A DNA stretch of 64,000 nucleotides, from the NCBI GenBank assembly GCA_037444405.1, contig JBBIML010000008.1, forward strand, positions 128,001 through 192,000, in the 5' to 3' direction. Every line of letters starts with the position of its first letter. The first letter of the stretch is position 1. Positions 1-10,061 of the stretch are shown here, one piece after another. The position numbers were made by a program, and so were the translations under genes. Under the pieces are notes generated by a model, which searched no databases, was not told the DNA's origin, and saw nothing but the letters and a program-made list of their open reading frames with translations. This DNA is from Armatimonadota bacterium. GTDB taxonomy: Bacteria; Armatimonadota; Fimbriimonadia; Fimbriimonadales; GBS-DC.

Positions 1-933
1 CAGCACAAACAGGGCTATCCAGGGGCTTAGCGCGGCAATCAGCAGCCCCGACAGGTTCAGCCCCAGCCCCAGCAGCAGAACATTGCGCTCGCCCAGCCGA
101 TTGACCACCCGCCCCGTCAGCAGCGCTTGCGTGAACGCGCCGATAAGCCCTACCATCGTCAGCACATAGCCGTTCTCCACAGGTCCCAGATTGAACCGCT
201 TATGGGTGAAGAGCGGAAAGGAGGTCTGATAGATGGAGAAGGTTATCCAGATGAGCAGGTTCATCCAGAGCAGGCGTCCGAGCGTGGGGCGTTGCAGGAG
301 GTGGGGCAGCTCGCGCCAGGGCGAGGGTCGTCGCGCGGGGGTTGTGTGAACGGTTTCGGGCAGCCACCGCCAGCCGAGCGCGGCGGCAATCAGCGAGATG
401 CCCGCCGCCGTCCACGCTGGTACATCCAGTCCGAACCGTGCCAGCCCGCCCCCCAGCGCCGGTCCGAGAATGAACCCCAGCCCGAACGCCGCGCCAATCA
501 GCCCGAAGTTGCGCGCCCGCTCGCGTGGCTCGCTGATGTCCGCGATATACGCCCGAACCGTCGTGATGTTGCCGCCTGTGAAGCCGTCCACAATCCGCGC
601 GGCGAACAGCCAGACCATGTTGCCCGCCAGCGCCAGCATCACAAAGCTCGCCGCCGAACCCAGCAGGCTCAGAATCAGCACGGGGCGACGACCCCACCGA
701 TCCGACCAGTCGCCCAGAATCGGCGCGGCGAGCATCTGCGCCGCCGAGAAGGAGGCGAACAGCAGTCCGACCTCCCACTCCGACGCGCGGAACTGCTGGG
801 CATAAAAGGGCAACAGCGGGATGACGATGCCGAACCCGATCAGGCTCACGCAGATGGTCAGAAAGACGGTCAGCAGCGCCCGCCGCTTAACGGCGGGCGC
901 CGAATCGGGCGTGATACGCACCACGCGACTCAT
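1..933 (-). CDS. MFS transporter, TetA/DHA1-like (partial; 3' end runs off the window)
   Basis: Read manually from ATG at 933: MSRVVRITPDSAPAVKRRALLTVFLTICVSLIGFGIVIPLLPFYAQ...GDWSDRWGRRPVLI (MFS motif A). Missing from the ORF track because it has no stop in the window. Confidence 0.88.
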   Translation of the reverse strand, partial: MSRVVRITPDSAPAVKRRALLTVFLTICVSLIGFGIVIPLLPFYAQQFRASEWEVGLLFASFSAAQMLAAPILGDWSDRWGRRPVLILSLLGSAASFVMLALAGNMVWLFAARIVDGFTGGNITTVRAYIADISEPRERARNFGLIGAAFGLGFILGPALGGGLARFGLDVPAWTAAGISLIAAALGWRWLPETVHTTPARRPSPWRELPHLLQRPTLGRLLWMNLLIWITFSIYQTSFPLFTHKRFNLGPVENGYVLTMVGLIGAFTQALLTGRVVNRLGERNVLLLGLGLNLSGLLIAALSPWIALFVL

Positions 934-934
934 C

Positions 935-3421
935 TCAGTAGCGGCGTTTGCGCTTCGGCTTATTCGGGCGGTGAGGCTTCTTCGGCTTTGCGGTGGGCGC
1001 ACCCGTCGCTACAGGCTGCTCCGTGCTGGCTGGAGTAGGGGCTGGGGTGGAAGCGGATCGCGCGCCCGTCGCCGTCGCCCGCAGCGCGCTCTGCTGACGC
1101 TCCTGCGTGCGCGCCCGAAACGCCTCCCAGTCCACAATCATCTGGCTGGCGATGTAGATCGACGAGTAGGTTCCCACAATCGCGCCAATGGTCATCGCCA
1201 CATAGAAGTGGCGCAGATCGTGCGTGACCGCGCCCCAGACCATCAGCGCGATCAGCACCAGCACAAGGGTCAGGCTGGTGTTGATGGAGCGTGCCAGGGT
1301 CTGGTTCAGGCTCCGATTAACAATCGTCGCGAGCGATTCGCCTCTCAGCCGATGGCGCAGATTCTCGCGGATACGGTCATAGACCACAATCGTGTCGTGG
1401 ACCGAGAAGCCGATGAGCGTCAGCAGGGCGGTCAGGAAGAGCGCGTTCACCTCCCAGCCGAGCAGGTAGCCCAGCAGCGCCGAGGAGCCGACCACAATCA
1501 GCACATCGTGCGCCAGCGCCAGCATCGCCGCGATGCCGAACTTGAACCCGCTCCAGCCGCCCTCGATGGAGAAGCGCAGGGTGATATAGAGCAGGATGGC
1601 AATGAGCGAGAGGATGACGGCGGTGTAGGCGCGCTGCACAATCTCGGCGCGAATGCGCGGGCTGATGCTGGCGAAACTCACCTCTTTGAGCTCGCCCAGC
1701 GGCTGCAACGCTGCCAGGATGCGCGGCTTGTCCTTATCGCTTGTGTCCGCCACATGCACAATCAGCTGGCGGTTGCCCTCGGCGAACTGCGCTCCTGCCT
1801 TCGAAAAGCCCGCCTTGCGCAGCAGCGCGTTCACCTCGTTCAAGCTGGCGCGAATCGGCTGGCTCGATTCAACTACCAGCTCGCTGCCGCCGGCGAAGTC
1901 GATGCCCGGCTTCAGCCCGCCCAGCCCCAGCCAGAAGACCAGCCCGATGGCAATCAGGCTCCCGCTGAGCGCGTAGAACAGGCGGCGCCGACCCACAAAA
2001 TCGAACCGATCGCTCACCCGCTCCAGACCCTCGCCAATCGTCACGCCAATCTGGCGATAGAGACCGAACAGCTTCGGGTCGGGATGGACACCCATGCCAA
2101 CCAGCGAGTAGAGCAGCGTGCGCGTGCAGGTAATCGCCGTGAAGAAGCTGATAATCACACCAATCGCCAGCGTGGTCGCGAACCCCTGCACGGGACCCGT
2201 GCCGTAGTTGTAGAGGATGATACAGGTGATAATCGTGCTGAGGTTCGAGTCGAAGATGGCGGGGAAGGCGCGTTTGAAGCCTGCATCGATCGCCGCCATC
2301 AGCGTCTTGCCGATGCGCAGCTCCTCTTTGACACGCTCAAAAATCAGAATGTTGGCGTCAACCGCCATGCCGATCGAGAGGATAAAACCGGCGATGGCAG
2401 GCAGCGAGAAGGTTACCCCCACCGACTTGAACACCGCGATGGAGAAAAGAATGTAAAGCCCCAGTGCGATAACCGACAGCACGCCGGGCAGGAGGTAGTA
2501 GATGACCATAAAGAGCGCGACGAGGATCGTGCCGACGAGACCCGCCTGTAGGATGCGATCCCATGCGCGGGCGCCCAGAATCGGCTCGACGCGGTTAATC
2601 GTCTCCACGCGCAGGCTCACGGGCAGCGCACCCGCCCGCAGCAGGTCGCGCAGGCGTGTCGCTTCCTTGAGCGTGAAGTTGCCCCGTATCACGGGATTGC
2701 GCAGGTTCGCCGATTCCACCACAGGCGCCGAGATGATGCGGTTGTCCAGCACAATCGCGATATGCTCTTTGAGATAAAGGGAGGTGGCACGGGCGAACTT
2801 CTCTTCGGCTTCAGGCTTCAGATAGAGCGCCACCTCAGGGTTGAAGGTCTGGCGGACCACCTCCGCGTCACGCAAATCGTCGCCGGTGATAATCAGCGGG
2901 GAGCTTTGAATGATTTGCAGATATTCGGGCGTGCCCTCCTTGATGAGCTTGCCTGGCTCCTTGGTGTTGCCCAGATCACGGAAGCGCACAATCTCCTCGC
3001 CCCGCTCATCTTTTTCGATAGCCAGCTCATACCGCCCCGTGGGGTTCTTCTCGGTGCGCACATCTTTGAGGTAGCGGAATTCGAGGCGGGCAGTCACCGA
3101 GAGCAGGTCGAGCGCCTCCTGCTGATTGGTGAAGCCGGGCAGCTCGATCACGATTTCGCGGTCGCCCCGCTTGAAGATACCGGGTTCCACCACGCCCAGC
3201 GTGTCGATACGCTTCTGCAGGATGTCCGCCACCAGGTTCAGGCGGCTCTGATCCCAGCGCCGCTGTTCTTCAGGGGGCAGTTTCTCCACCTCTGCGCGGA
3301 GCGTCATGCGGATGCCACCCTTCACATCGAGACCCTGACGGGTCTTGAGCTTGGCAACGCCCCAGCCGGCGAGTCCCGCCAGCACAATAATGATGCCCAG
3401 ATAGATAAAATGCCGTTGCAT
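935..3421 (-). CDS. secDF: Fused protein translocase subunit SecDF
   Basis: GLDVKGG, GMAVDANILIFER, GIDFAGG, GFSVHDTIVVYDRIRE and GTYSSIYIA motifs; AGGAGG RBS upstream. Confidence 0.96.
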   Translation of the reverse strand: MQRHFIYLGIIIVLAGLAGWGVAKLKTRQGLDVKGGIRMTLRAEVEKLPPEEQRRWDQSRLNLVADILQKRIDTLGVVEPGIFKRGDREIVIELPGFTNQQEALDLLSVTARLEFRYLKDVRTEKNPTGRYELAIEKDERGEEIVRFRDLGNTKEPGKLIKEGTPEYLQIIQSSPLIITGDDLRDAEVVRQTFNPEVALYLKPEAEEKFARATSLYLKEHIAIVLDNRIISAPVVESANLRNPVIRGNFTLKEATRLRDLLRAGALPVSLRVETINRVEPILGARAWDRILQAGLVGTILVALFMVIYYLLPGVLSVIALGLYILFSIAVFKSVGVTFSLPAIAGFILSIGMAVDANILIFERVKEELRIGKTLMAAIDAGFKRAFPAIFDSNLSTIITCIILYNYGTGPVQGFATTLAIGVIISFFTAITCTRTLLYSLVGMGVHPDPKLFGLYRQIGVTIGEGLERVSDRFDFVGRRRLFYALSGSLIAIGLVFWLGLGGLKPGIDFAGGSELVVESSQPIRASLNEVNALLRKAGFSKAGAQFAEGNRQLIVHVADTSDKDKPRILAALQPLGELKEVSFASISPRIRAEIVQRAYTAVILSLIAILLYITLRFSIEGGWSGFKFGIAAMLALAHDVLIVVGSSALLGYLLGWEVNALFLTALLTLIGFSVHDTIVVYDRIRENLRHRLRGESLATIVNRSLNQTLARSINTSLTLVLVLIALMVWGAVTHDLRHFYVAMTIGAIVGTYSSIYIASQMIVDWEAFRARTQERQQSALRATATGARSASTPAPTPASTEQPVATGAPTAKPKKPHRPNKPKRKRRY

Positions 3422-3463
3422 GCGTGTTCGTCTCCTCCTGATACCTTCAGTGTCCGTGGGCTA

Positions 3464-4324
3464 TTATACCCCCTGAATCTTCGGCAATTCGCGATAGGTG
3501 GTGAGTCGGATACCTTCCTGCTGCAGCAGCGACCTGAACGCTGGCTCCAGCAGGATGCGCAGTTCATCCACGCGATATTGCCAGCTGTTCGTGATGGCGT
3601 GCCCTTCGGGGTCATCTTCGCCCAGATGCACGATCAGCTCCGTGACGCCCGGTTTGAGGTCGCGAATGAACTGGTGCAGGCGCTGGCGGTGCTGCTCGAA
3701 GGCTTCGCCGGGCGCATATTGCGGGTTCAGGTAATCGATGGTGGGGATGCCCGCCTGCTGGAGGCGCTTGTAGATGGGCATGTAGTCCAGCCCGCGCGTT
3801 TTTGCCATCAGCAATATCTCTGGCGTCGGGCTGAACACCATCGGTGTGATTTTGTATTCCATCGCCACCTTGAGGAACACCTCGAAGAAGCGCGGGTCGG
3901 CATAGAGCGTGCCCATGTGCGAGTCGAGGTGCGTGAGTCGCACGCCGAACTGCAGGGCGCGTTCGATCTGGGCGCGAATCTCGGCTTCCACCTCCTGCGG
4001 GCTGGCATGGCGCACCACCTCCTCCACCGAACGCCAGAGGAAGCCCTCTTTGTCGATAAGTCCCTTCACCCTGTCGGGGTGCGCCACAGGGCGCCAGCGG
4101 TAGAACTGCCATTCGCTGGTGAGCGTGAGGTGCAGACCCACATCGGCGGTCGGATTTCTGCGCACCCATTCGGCAGCGGCGGGGAACCACGGGCAGGGAA
4201 CCATCATGCTGACGCTGCTGACCACGCCCGCCTCGATCGCCTGAATCGTGCCCCGATTCTTGGCGTGGCACAAGCCGAAATCGTCAGCATGGATAATCAG
4301 GTACCGCTCCTTCGCGCGCGGCAC
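3464..4324 (-). CDS. YdjC/ChbG-family carbohydrate deacetylase
   Basis: IIHADDFG, GLHLTLTSEW, THLDSHMG and ELIVHLG motifs; likely GTG start at 4324 behind a CAGGAGG RBS. Confidence 0.88.
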   Translation of the reverse strand: MPRAKERYLIIHADDFGLCHAKNRGTIQAIEAGVVSSVSMMVPCPWFPAAAEWVRRNPTADVGLHLTLTSEWQFYRWRPVAHPDRVKGLIDKEGFLWRSVEEVVRHASPQEVEAEIRAQIERALQFGVRLTHLDSHMGTLYADPRFFEVFLKVAMEYKITPMVFSPTPEILLMAKTRGLDYMPIYKRLQQAGIPTIDYLNPQYAPGEAFEQHRQRLHQFIRDLKPGVTELIVHLGEDDPEGHAITNSWQYRVDELRILLEPAFRSLLQQEGIRLTTYRELPKIQGV

Positions 4325-4567
4325 AAACGCCTCCTGCTGACCAGCCAGACGACGATGAACGCTCATAGCAGAAGAGAAGTTCGCCAGATGGGAGCAGGTT
4401 CCTGCTTAACCTGCTTAAATTGGTTCGCGACCACGCTGGCTCGCGTGAGGTATACTATGAGTGGCTGCGCTGAATCGCACCCAATTTGGCAGGAATCGGC
4501 AATCGGGGCGCGAATAAGGAAAAATCGGTTCAATCGCCAATTCCAGATACACGGAGGTACATGACTG

Positions 4568-5089
4568 ATGAAACGATGGCTTCACGGGAGCGCACTCGGT
4601 GCGCTGTTGCTACTGACGGGTTTGCCGGCGCTGGCACAGCCGGAGGGCACCCTGCGTCTGCGACTGGGCGCCTACTTCCCCTCTGACGAGGATTTGCAGG
4701 CGTTCAATAAGACCTGGTTCGCCGTCGGACTGACCTATCAGACGATAGGCATCCCCTTTTTCGGCAGTTCGGCGACGGAGGTCAGCGCGGATCTGTTCAC
4801 CCATCAGACGGGTGGCTCGCGCGGCGCCGTCACGGCATTACTGGTCAGCCAGGTCTATGAGCAGCCGCTGGGCGCGGGCGATGCGCTGCTCCAGCTGCGC
4901 TTCGGTGCCGGCTTGTTCGTGGCGGACACCACGGGTCCGAGCAAAAATGTGTTTGGCGGACGCGTCGGGCTGACCCTCCAGCTGAACGAAACTTACAGCG
5001 TGGAGCTGAACTACGACATCACCGACCGCCTCGGACCGAATAACGACCGCGCCAACGGCTTCTCCGTCACGCTGGGCTACCGATTTTGA
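4568..5089 (+). CDS. Small outer-membrane beta-barrel protein
   Basis: Signal peptide, alternating beta-strand pattern, C-terminal GYRF signature; GGAGG RBS. Confidence 0.75.
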   Translation: MKRWLHGSALGALLLLTGLPALAQPEGTLRLRLGAYFPSDEDLQAFNKTWFAVGLTYQTIGIPFFGSSATEVSADLFTHQTGGSRGAVTALLVSQVYEQPLGAGDALLQLRFGAGLFVADTTGPSKNVFGGRVGLTLQLNETYSVELNYDITDRLGPNNDRANGFSVTLGYRF

Positions 5090-5107
5090 CACGCGCGGGT
5101 GATTAGT

Positions 5108-5199
5108 CCCCTCATCCCCAGCCCCTCTCCCACGCTGTGGGAGAAGGGAGTTTAATCCCTCTCCCTCGCCTGCGGGGGAGAGGGTACGAGTGAGGGGGG
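5108..5199. repeat. REP-like palindromic element, family A (two inverted units)
   Basis: CCCTCATCCCCAGCCCCTCTCCCAC-GCT-GTGGGAGAAGGG followed by an inverted unit CCCTCTCCCTCGCCTGCGGGGGAGAGGGTACGAGTGAGGGG; related copies elsewhere in the window. Confidence 0.8.
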
Positions 5200-5265
5200 T
5201 CTGCACACAATGCGCCCCGACTACAGTGACACCTGCAGGTATACTCCAGCCATCAGGAGTGATCG

Positions 5266-7191
5266 ATGACGGTGATGGCGGTGGAGATCAAAGAGGCGTT
5301 GCAGACGAAGGCGAACCTTTTGCGCGTGCATTCGATACGGATGACCACAAAGGCAGGCTCGGGACATCCCACCACCTGTCTATCGGCGGCGGACCTGGTG
5401 GCGGTGCTATTCTTTCGGGTGTTGCGGGTGGATCTCACCGACCCGCGCAACCCGTTCAACGACCGGGTGATTTTCTCGAAGGGGCACGCGGCGCCGCTGC
5501 TGTACGCGGCATGGGCGGAGGCGGGCGCGTTCCCGGTGGAGCATCTGGACACCTTGCGCCAGTTCGAGAGCGAGCTGGAAGGTCATCCGACGCCGCGCTT
5601 CGTGTGGCATCCCGTCGCGACTGGCTCGCTGGGGCAGGGGCTGTCGATTGCGGCGGGCATCGCGCTCGCGCTCAAGCGGGACGGCAACCCCGCACGGGTC
5701 TACTGCCTGATGGGCGATGGTGAAACCGCTGAGGGCGCCGTGTGGGAAGCCGCCGCCTTCGCCAGCCACTACAACCTGAATAACCTCATCGCGATGGTGG
5801 ACATCAATCGGCTCGGTCAGAGCCAGCACACGATGCTCCAGCACGATCTGGCGACCTATGCGCGACGATTCGAGGCGTTCGGCTGGACCACGCTGCCCAT
5901 CGATGGGCACGATTATGAGCAGATTTTGAGCGCGTTTGAGCAGGCACAGCGGTCGGATCGCCCCACCGTGATTCTGGCGCGCACGCTGAAGGGCAAAGGC
6001 GTGCCCGCGGTGGAGGACCGAGATGGCTGGCACGGCAAGCCGCTGCCCGCCGATCTGGCGGAGCAGGCGATCGCAGCGCTGATGCCCACGCCCGACCAGA
6101 TTGCTCGCGCCGCCGCCCTGCGCCCCTTGCCTCCACAGATTGAATCTCAGCCTGCAACCCTCTCACCCGTACCCTCGCCCCCAGAGGAGGCGAGGGACTT
6201 AAAACCCTGTGAGGCAGCGCCAGTCAGCCTTCCCACCTACGCGCTGGGGCAGATGGTTGCCACGCGCGAGGCGTATGGCGATGCGCTCGTCGCTCTGGGC
6301 AGATCGAACCTGCTTATCTACGCGCTGGACGGCGATGTGAAGAACTCCACCTTCGCCGAAAAGTTCGCGCAGGCTTTCCCGGAGCGGTTTGTGGAGTGCT
6401 TTATCGCCGAGCAGAATATGGTGGGCGCGGCGGTGGGGCTTGCCGAAGCGGGCAAAATCCCGTTCGCCTCCTCCTTCGCCTGCTTTCTCACCCGCGCGTT
6501 TGACTTCATTCGCATGGCGGGCATCGGGCGGGCGAACATCAAGCTGTGCGGCTCGCACGCAGGCGTTTCCATCGGCGAGGACGGACCCTCGCAGATGGGG
6601 CTGGAAGATATTGCGATGATGCGCGCCATCCCCGACTCGGTGGTGCTGTACCCTGCCGATGCGGTCGCGACGGTGAAGCTGGTGCGCGAGATGGCGCGCT
6701 ATCGGGGCATCGCCTACCTGCGCACCACGCGCCCCAAAACGCCCGTCATCTACAGCAACGACGAGGAGTTCCCGATTGGCGGCTGCAAGATTCTGCGCTC
6801 CAGCCCGCACGATGGGGCGACAGTGGTCGCGGCGGGCATCACTTTGCACGAGGCGCTCAAAGCGTATGCGCAGTTGCAGGCGGAGGGCATCCCCATCCGC
6901 GTGATCGATCTCTACTCGGTCAAGCCCATCGACGCCGACACCCTCATTCGCTGTGGACAGGAGACGAACGGGTTAATCATCACGGTTGAGGACCACTATC
7001 CGCAGGGCGGGATTGGCGAGGCGGTGGCGATGGCACTACAGGGGCATGGCGTTCGCGTGCATGCGTTAGCCGTGCGTGAGTTGCCCCGTTCGGGCAAGCC
7101 TGAAGAGCTGCTCGCTGCCTACGGTATCGACGCGGCGGCGATTGCCCGCACCGTGCGACAGCTGACCGATGGAAACCTATCGCCATCTTGA
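5266..7191 (+). CDS. tkt: Transketolase
   Basis: SGHPTTCLS, SKGHAAP, TGSLGQGLS, GDGE TPP-binding motif, IAEQNMVG, IGEDGPSQM. Confidence 0.95.
   Translation: MTVMAVEIKEALQTKANLLRVHSIRMTTKAGSGHPTTCLSAADLVAVLFFRVLRVDLTDPRNPFNDRVIFSKGHAAPLLYAAWAEAGAFPVEHLDTLRQFESELEGHPTPRFVWHPVATGSLGQGLSIAAGIALALKRDGNPARVYCLMGDGETAEGAVWEAAAFASHYNLNNLIAMVDINRLGQSQHTMLQHDLATYARRFEAFGWTTLPIDGHDYEQILSAFEQAQRSDRPTVILARTLKGKGVPAVEDRDGWHGKPLPADLAEQAIAALMPTPDQIARAAALRPLPPQIESQPATLSPVPSPPEEARDLKPCEAAPVSLPTYALGQMVATREAYGDALVALGRSNLLIYALDGDVKNSTFAEKFAQAFPERFVECFIAEQNMVGAAVGLAEAGKIPFASSFACFLTRAFDFIRMAGIGRANIKLCGSHAGVSIGEDGPSQMGLEDIAMMRAIPDSVVLYPADAVATVKLVREMARYRGIAYLRTTRPKTPVIYSNDEEFPIGGCKILRSSPHDGATVVAAGITLHEALKAYAQLQAEGIPIRVIDLYSVKPIDADTLIRCGQETNGLIITVEDHYPQGGIGEAVAMALQGHGVRVHALAVRELPRSGKPEELLAAYGIDAAAIARTVRQLTDGNLSPS
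6158..6198 (+). repeat. Family A REP-like copy inside the tkt coding sequence
   Basis: CCCTCTCACCCGTACCCTCGCCCCCAGAGGAGGCGAGGGAC closely matches the reverse complement of 5157-5198 and the copy at 47281. Confidence 0.7.
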
Positions 7192-8365
7192 GGCGCTGGT
7201 GGAGACAATCGGGGCGCGTCCCGCCACCTCCGAGCGCGAGCATCAGGCACGCGCGTATCTCGCTCGCCATCTGCAGGCGCAGGGCGTCAAAATGATTGAG
7301 CAGCCGTTTCGGAGTGTGCCGACGCTCGCCCTGCCATGGCTCACAGTCTCCCTGCTGTTTGCGCTCACTGGCGGGATGGTGTGGCTTGTGCAGAACAGGT
7401 GGCTTTACGCGCTCGCTGCGCTGATGAGTCTGACCGCCTGCGCCCTCTACTGGGGGCTGGTCAGCGGCAAATGGGATGTGATGCGCCTGTTCCCCCAGCG
7501 CGAAAGCGCGAACCTGATTGCGATTGTGCCTGCCCGACAGAAGGCGAGCCACACCGTCGTGCTGATGGCGCACATCGACACACAACGCGCGACGCTTTTG
7601 TGGCATCCCAGACTGGTGCTCAACTTCGGGACGAGCTTCGTGATTCAGACCCTGCTGCTAACGCTGCATGGGATCGGTGCGCTCTGCCTCGTGTGGGGGC
7701 TGGCTGGCAACGAGAGGGGTATCGCGCTATCCCGCTGGCTGATGGCGCCGGGCAGTCTGCTCTCGCTGTGGGGCATCTTCGTGCTGCTGCATCGCGAGCT
7801 GGCGATGCCGTGGGTGCAGGGCGCGAACGATAACGGCTCCGGTGTGGCGGTTGTATTGAGCCTGCTGAAGGAGCTGGCTCAACAGCCGCTGGCGGATGTG
7901 GAGGTGTGGGGCGTGTTCACAGGCTGCGAGGAGGTGGGTGCGCCCGCAGGCGCGTTCGCGTTCGAGCGCGAATATGGACTGCAACTGCGCGACGCCACCT
8001 TTGTGATAGTTGACCATGTGGGTCTGGGCGAGCCACGCTACCTGCTAACGGAAGCGATGCTGCCGCGCCAGCGTGCGCATCCCGAACTCGCACGCCTGAT
8101 GGAGCAGTTAGCACGCCAGCATCCCGAATGGTCGCTCCAGCCCAGCGCGGTGCCGCCCGGCGCGTACACCGATGCGCTCCCCTTCCTGATGAAGGGCTAT
8201 CGCGCAATCGCGCTCTGGTGCGAGCAGACGCCCGGCATCCCTCCCAACTGGCACTGGACGACCGATGTGCTGGCGAATGTGAACCCTGCCGATCTGGAGC
8301 GGGCGAAAGCGGTGGTCCAAGGTGTGCTGAAACACCTTGCGTCTAATCGCGAAAGCGATATTTGA
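7169..8365 (+). CDS. M28-family metallopeptidase with transmembrane segments
   Basis: MAHIDT, GANDNGSGV, TGCEEVG, YTDA and NWHWTTD motifs. Confidence 0.85.
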   Translation: METYRHLEALVETIGARPATSEREHQARAYLARHLQAQGVKMIEQPFRSVPTLALPWLTVSLLFALTGGMVWLVQNRWLYALAALMSLTACALYWGLVSGKWDVMRLFPQRESANLIAIVPARQKASHTVVLMAHIDTQRATLLWHPRLVLNFGTSFVIQTLLLTLHGIGALCLVWGLAGNERGIALSRWLMAPGSLLSLWGIFVLLHRELAMPWVQGANDNGSGVAVVLSLLKELAQQPLADVEVWGVFTGCEEVGAPAGAFAFEREYGLQLRDATFVIVDHVGLGEPRYLLTEAMLPRQRAHPELARLMEQLARQHPEWSLQPSAVPPGAYTDALPFLMKGYRAIALWCEQTPGIPPNWHWTTDVLANVNPADLERAKAVVQGVLKHLASNRESDI

Positions 8366-9047
8366 TGAGCGTCCAGAGCGCCTCGATGCCGTCCGTCCAG
8401 CGGATTTTCTTGCCCTGCTGGCGCGTGCGGGGGCAATACCGCTCGATGGGCACCTCCACAATTTTATAGCCGCGCTTGAGCGACTTTGCCGTCACCTCAG
8501 GGCAGAACTCGAACCGCTGACACCGCAGATTCAGCGAGCGCAACAGCTCAGTGCGGAAGGCTTTGTAGCAGGTGGCTTCATCGCGCAGGGGATAGCGGTA
8601 GAGCAGGCGCACCGCCCACGCCAGAATCAGGTTCGCGATTTTGTTGGGCAGCGGCATCCCCTTCGGCAAGCCGCGCGTGAACCGACAGCCATAGGCGATT
8701 TCGGTCTCGCCCTGAAGGATTGGCTCCACCACCTTCGGGATTTCGTCGGGGTCGTACTCCAGATCGGCGTCCTGAATGATGGTGACCTCGCCTTCGGCAT
8801 AGGGCAACGCAGCGCGGATGGCGGCGCCCTTGCCCACATTCTGGGGCAGGCGCAGATGCACAATATCAGGCTCCTGCGCCAGTATCTCGCTAGTGCCGTC
8901 GCTGGAGCAGTCGTCCACCACGATAATCTGCTTGCGGAAGGGGGCGTTGCGCAATCGCTGCAACAGCTCCTGGATCGTCTCCCGCTCGTTATAAACGGGC
9001 ACAATCACCGTGATGAGAGCCTCTTTGCGCGTCGGATGGTTCCCCAT
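8343..9047 (-). CDS. Glycosyltransferase family 2 (DPM/ArnC-like)
   Basis: VIVPVYNE, VDDCSSDGT, GKGAA, IQDADLEYDP. Confidence 0.93.
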   Translation of the reverse strand: MGNHPTRKEALITVIVPVYNERETIQELLQRLRNAPFRKQIIVVDDCSSDGTSEILAQEPDIVHLRLPQNVGKGAAIRAALPYAEGEVTIIQDADLEYDPDEIPKVVEPILQGETEIAYGCRFTRGLPKGMPLPNKIANLILAWAVRLLYRYPLRDEATCYKAFRTELLRSLNLRCQRFEFCPEVTAKSLKRGYKIVEVPIERYCPRTRQQGKKIRWTDGIEALWTLIKYRFRD

Positions 9048-9118
9048 TCATTATCATGATACCGACTCGCGCTCGTTGCCCTCCGTAGCGTGGGCGTCCC
9101 GCCCACGAACATCTGCAT

Positions 9119-10012
9119 CTAATCCTGCACTGAACCAGCGCGTCCAAGCCGCTCGCGCAGCAGCGGGGGGATGTCGGCAGGGGTGTCGGCGATGGGCACG
9201 CGCGCTTCGGTGAGCGCCTGCACTTTCGACTGCGCACTGCCCTTGCCGCCAGAGATGATCGCGCCTGCGTGCCCCATGCGCTTGCCCGGCGGCGCGGTGC
9301 GCCCCGATATGAAGCCCACCACCGGCTTGGTCATCTGCGCCCGAATATATTCGGCAGCTATCTCCTCGTCGGAGCCGCCGATCTCGCCCACCAGCACCAC
9401 CGCCTCCGTCTGCGGGTCCGCCTCAAACAGCGGTAGCACATCGATAAAGGTGGTGCCGATGATGGGGTCGCCCCCGATGCCGATGCAGGTGGACTGCCCG
9501 AAGCCCGCACGGGTCAGCTCGTTCACAATCTCATAGGTCAGCGTGCCGCTGCGCGAGACCAGCCCGATGCTCCCCTTGCGGAACAGGTTGCCCGGCATGA
9601 TGCCGACCTTGCACTCGCCCGCGGTGGTGATGCCCGGGCAGTTGGGACCGATCAGGCGGCTGCGCGTGCAACGCTTCAGGTAGTTGACCACGCGAATCAT
9701 GTCCTGAACGGGGATTCCTTCGGTGATGCACACGATGAGTTCGATGCCGGCGTCGGCGGCTTCCAGAATCGCGTCGGGTGCGAAGGGCGCGGGCACGAAG
9801 ATACAGGAGACATTCGCGCCCGTTTCCTGAACCGCCTGCTTCACCGTGTTATACACGGGCACGCCCAGCACCTCGGTGCCGCCCTTGCCGGGCGTGACGC
9901 CCGCCACCACCTTGGTGCCGTACTCCAGCATCTGGCGCGTATGGAACTCGCCCTCGCGCCCCGTGATACCCTGCACCAGCACCTTCGAGTTCGCATCCAC
10001 CAGAATCGCCAT
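9119..10012 (-). CDS. sucD: Succinyl-CoA ligase alpha subunit
   Basis: [40 protein letters not shown]. Confidence 0.97.
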   Translation of the reverse strand: MAILVDANSKVLVQGITGREGEFHTRQMLEYGTKVVAGVTPGKGGTEVLGVPVYNTVKQAVQETGANVSCIFVPAPFAPDAILEAADAGIELIVCITEGIPVQDMIRVVNYLKRCTRSRLIGPNCPGITTAGECKVGIMPGNLFRKGSIGLVSRSGTLTYEIVNELTRAGFGQSTCIGIGGDPIIGTTFIDVLPLFEADPQTEAVVLVGEIGGSDEEIAAEYIRAQMTKPVVGFISGRTAPPGKRMGHAGAIISGGKGSAQSKVQALTEARVPIADTPADIPPLLRERLGRAGSVQD

Positions 10013-10032
10013 CTATCCGCCTCCGTACCACG

Positions 10033-10053
10033 ATTGTACCCGCTGGGTACAAT
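10033..10053. promoter_or_regulatory. Palindromic pair of divergent -10 boxes (GGGTACAAT on both strands)
   Basis: ATTGTACCC-GCT-GGGTACAAT between divergent sucD and the ORF at 10062. Confidence 0.6.
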
Positions 10054-10061
10054 TCCCTTCG

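Noticed and set aside
127..4564. Long plus-strand ORFs (127..1038, 821..2551, 2762..4564) and many similar ORFs across the window
   Set aside because: Antisense or off-frame shadows of well-supported genes in GC-rich DNA; no recognisable motifs.
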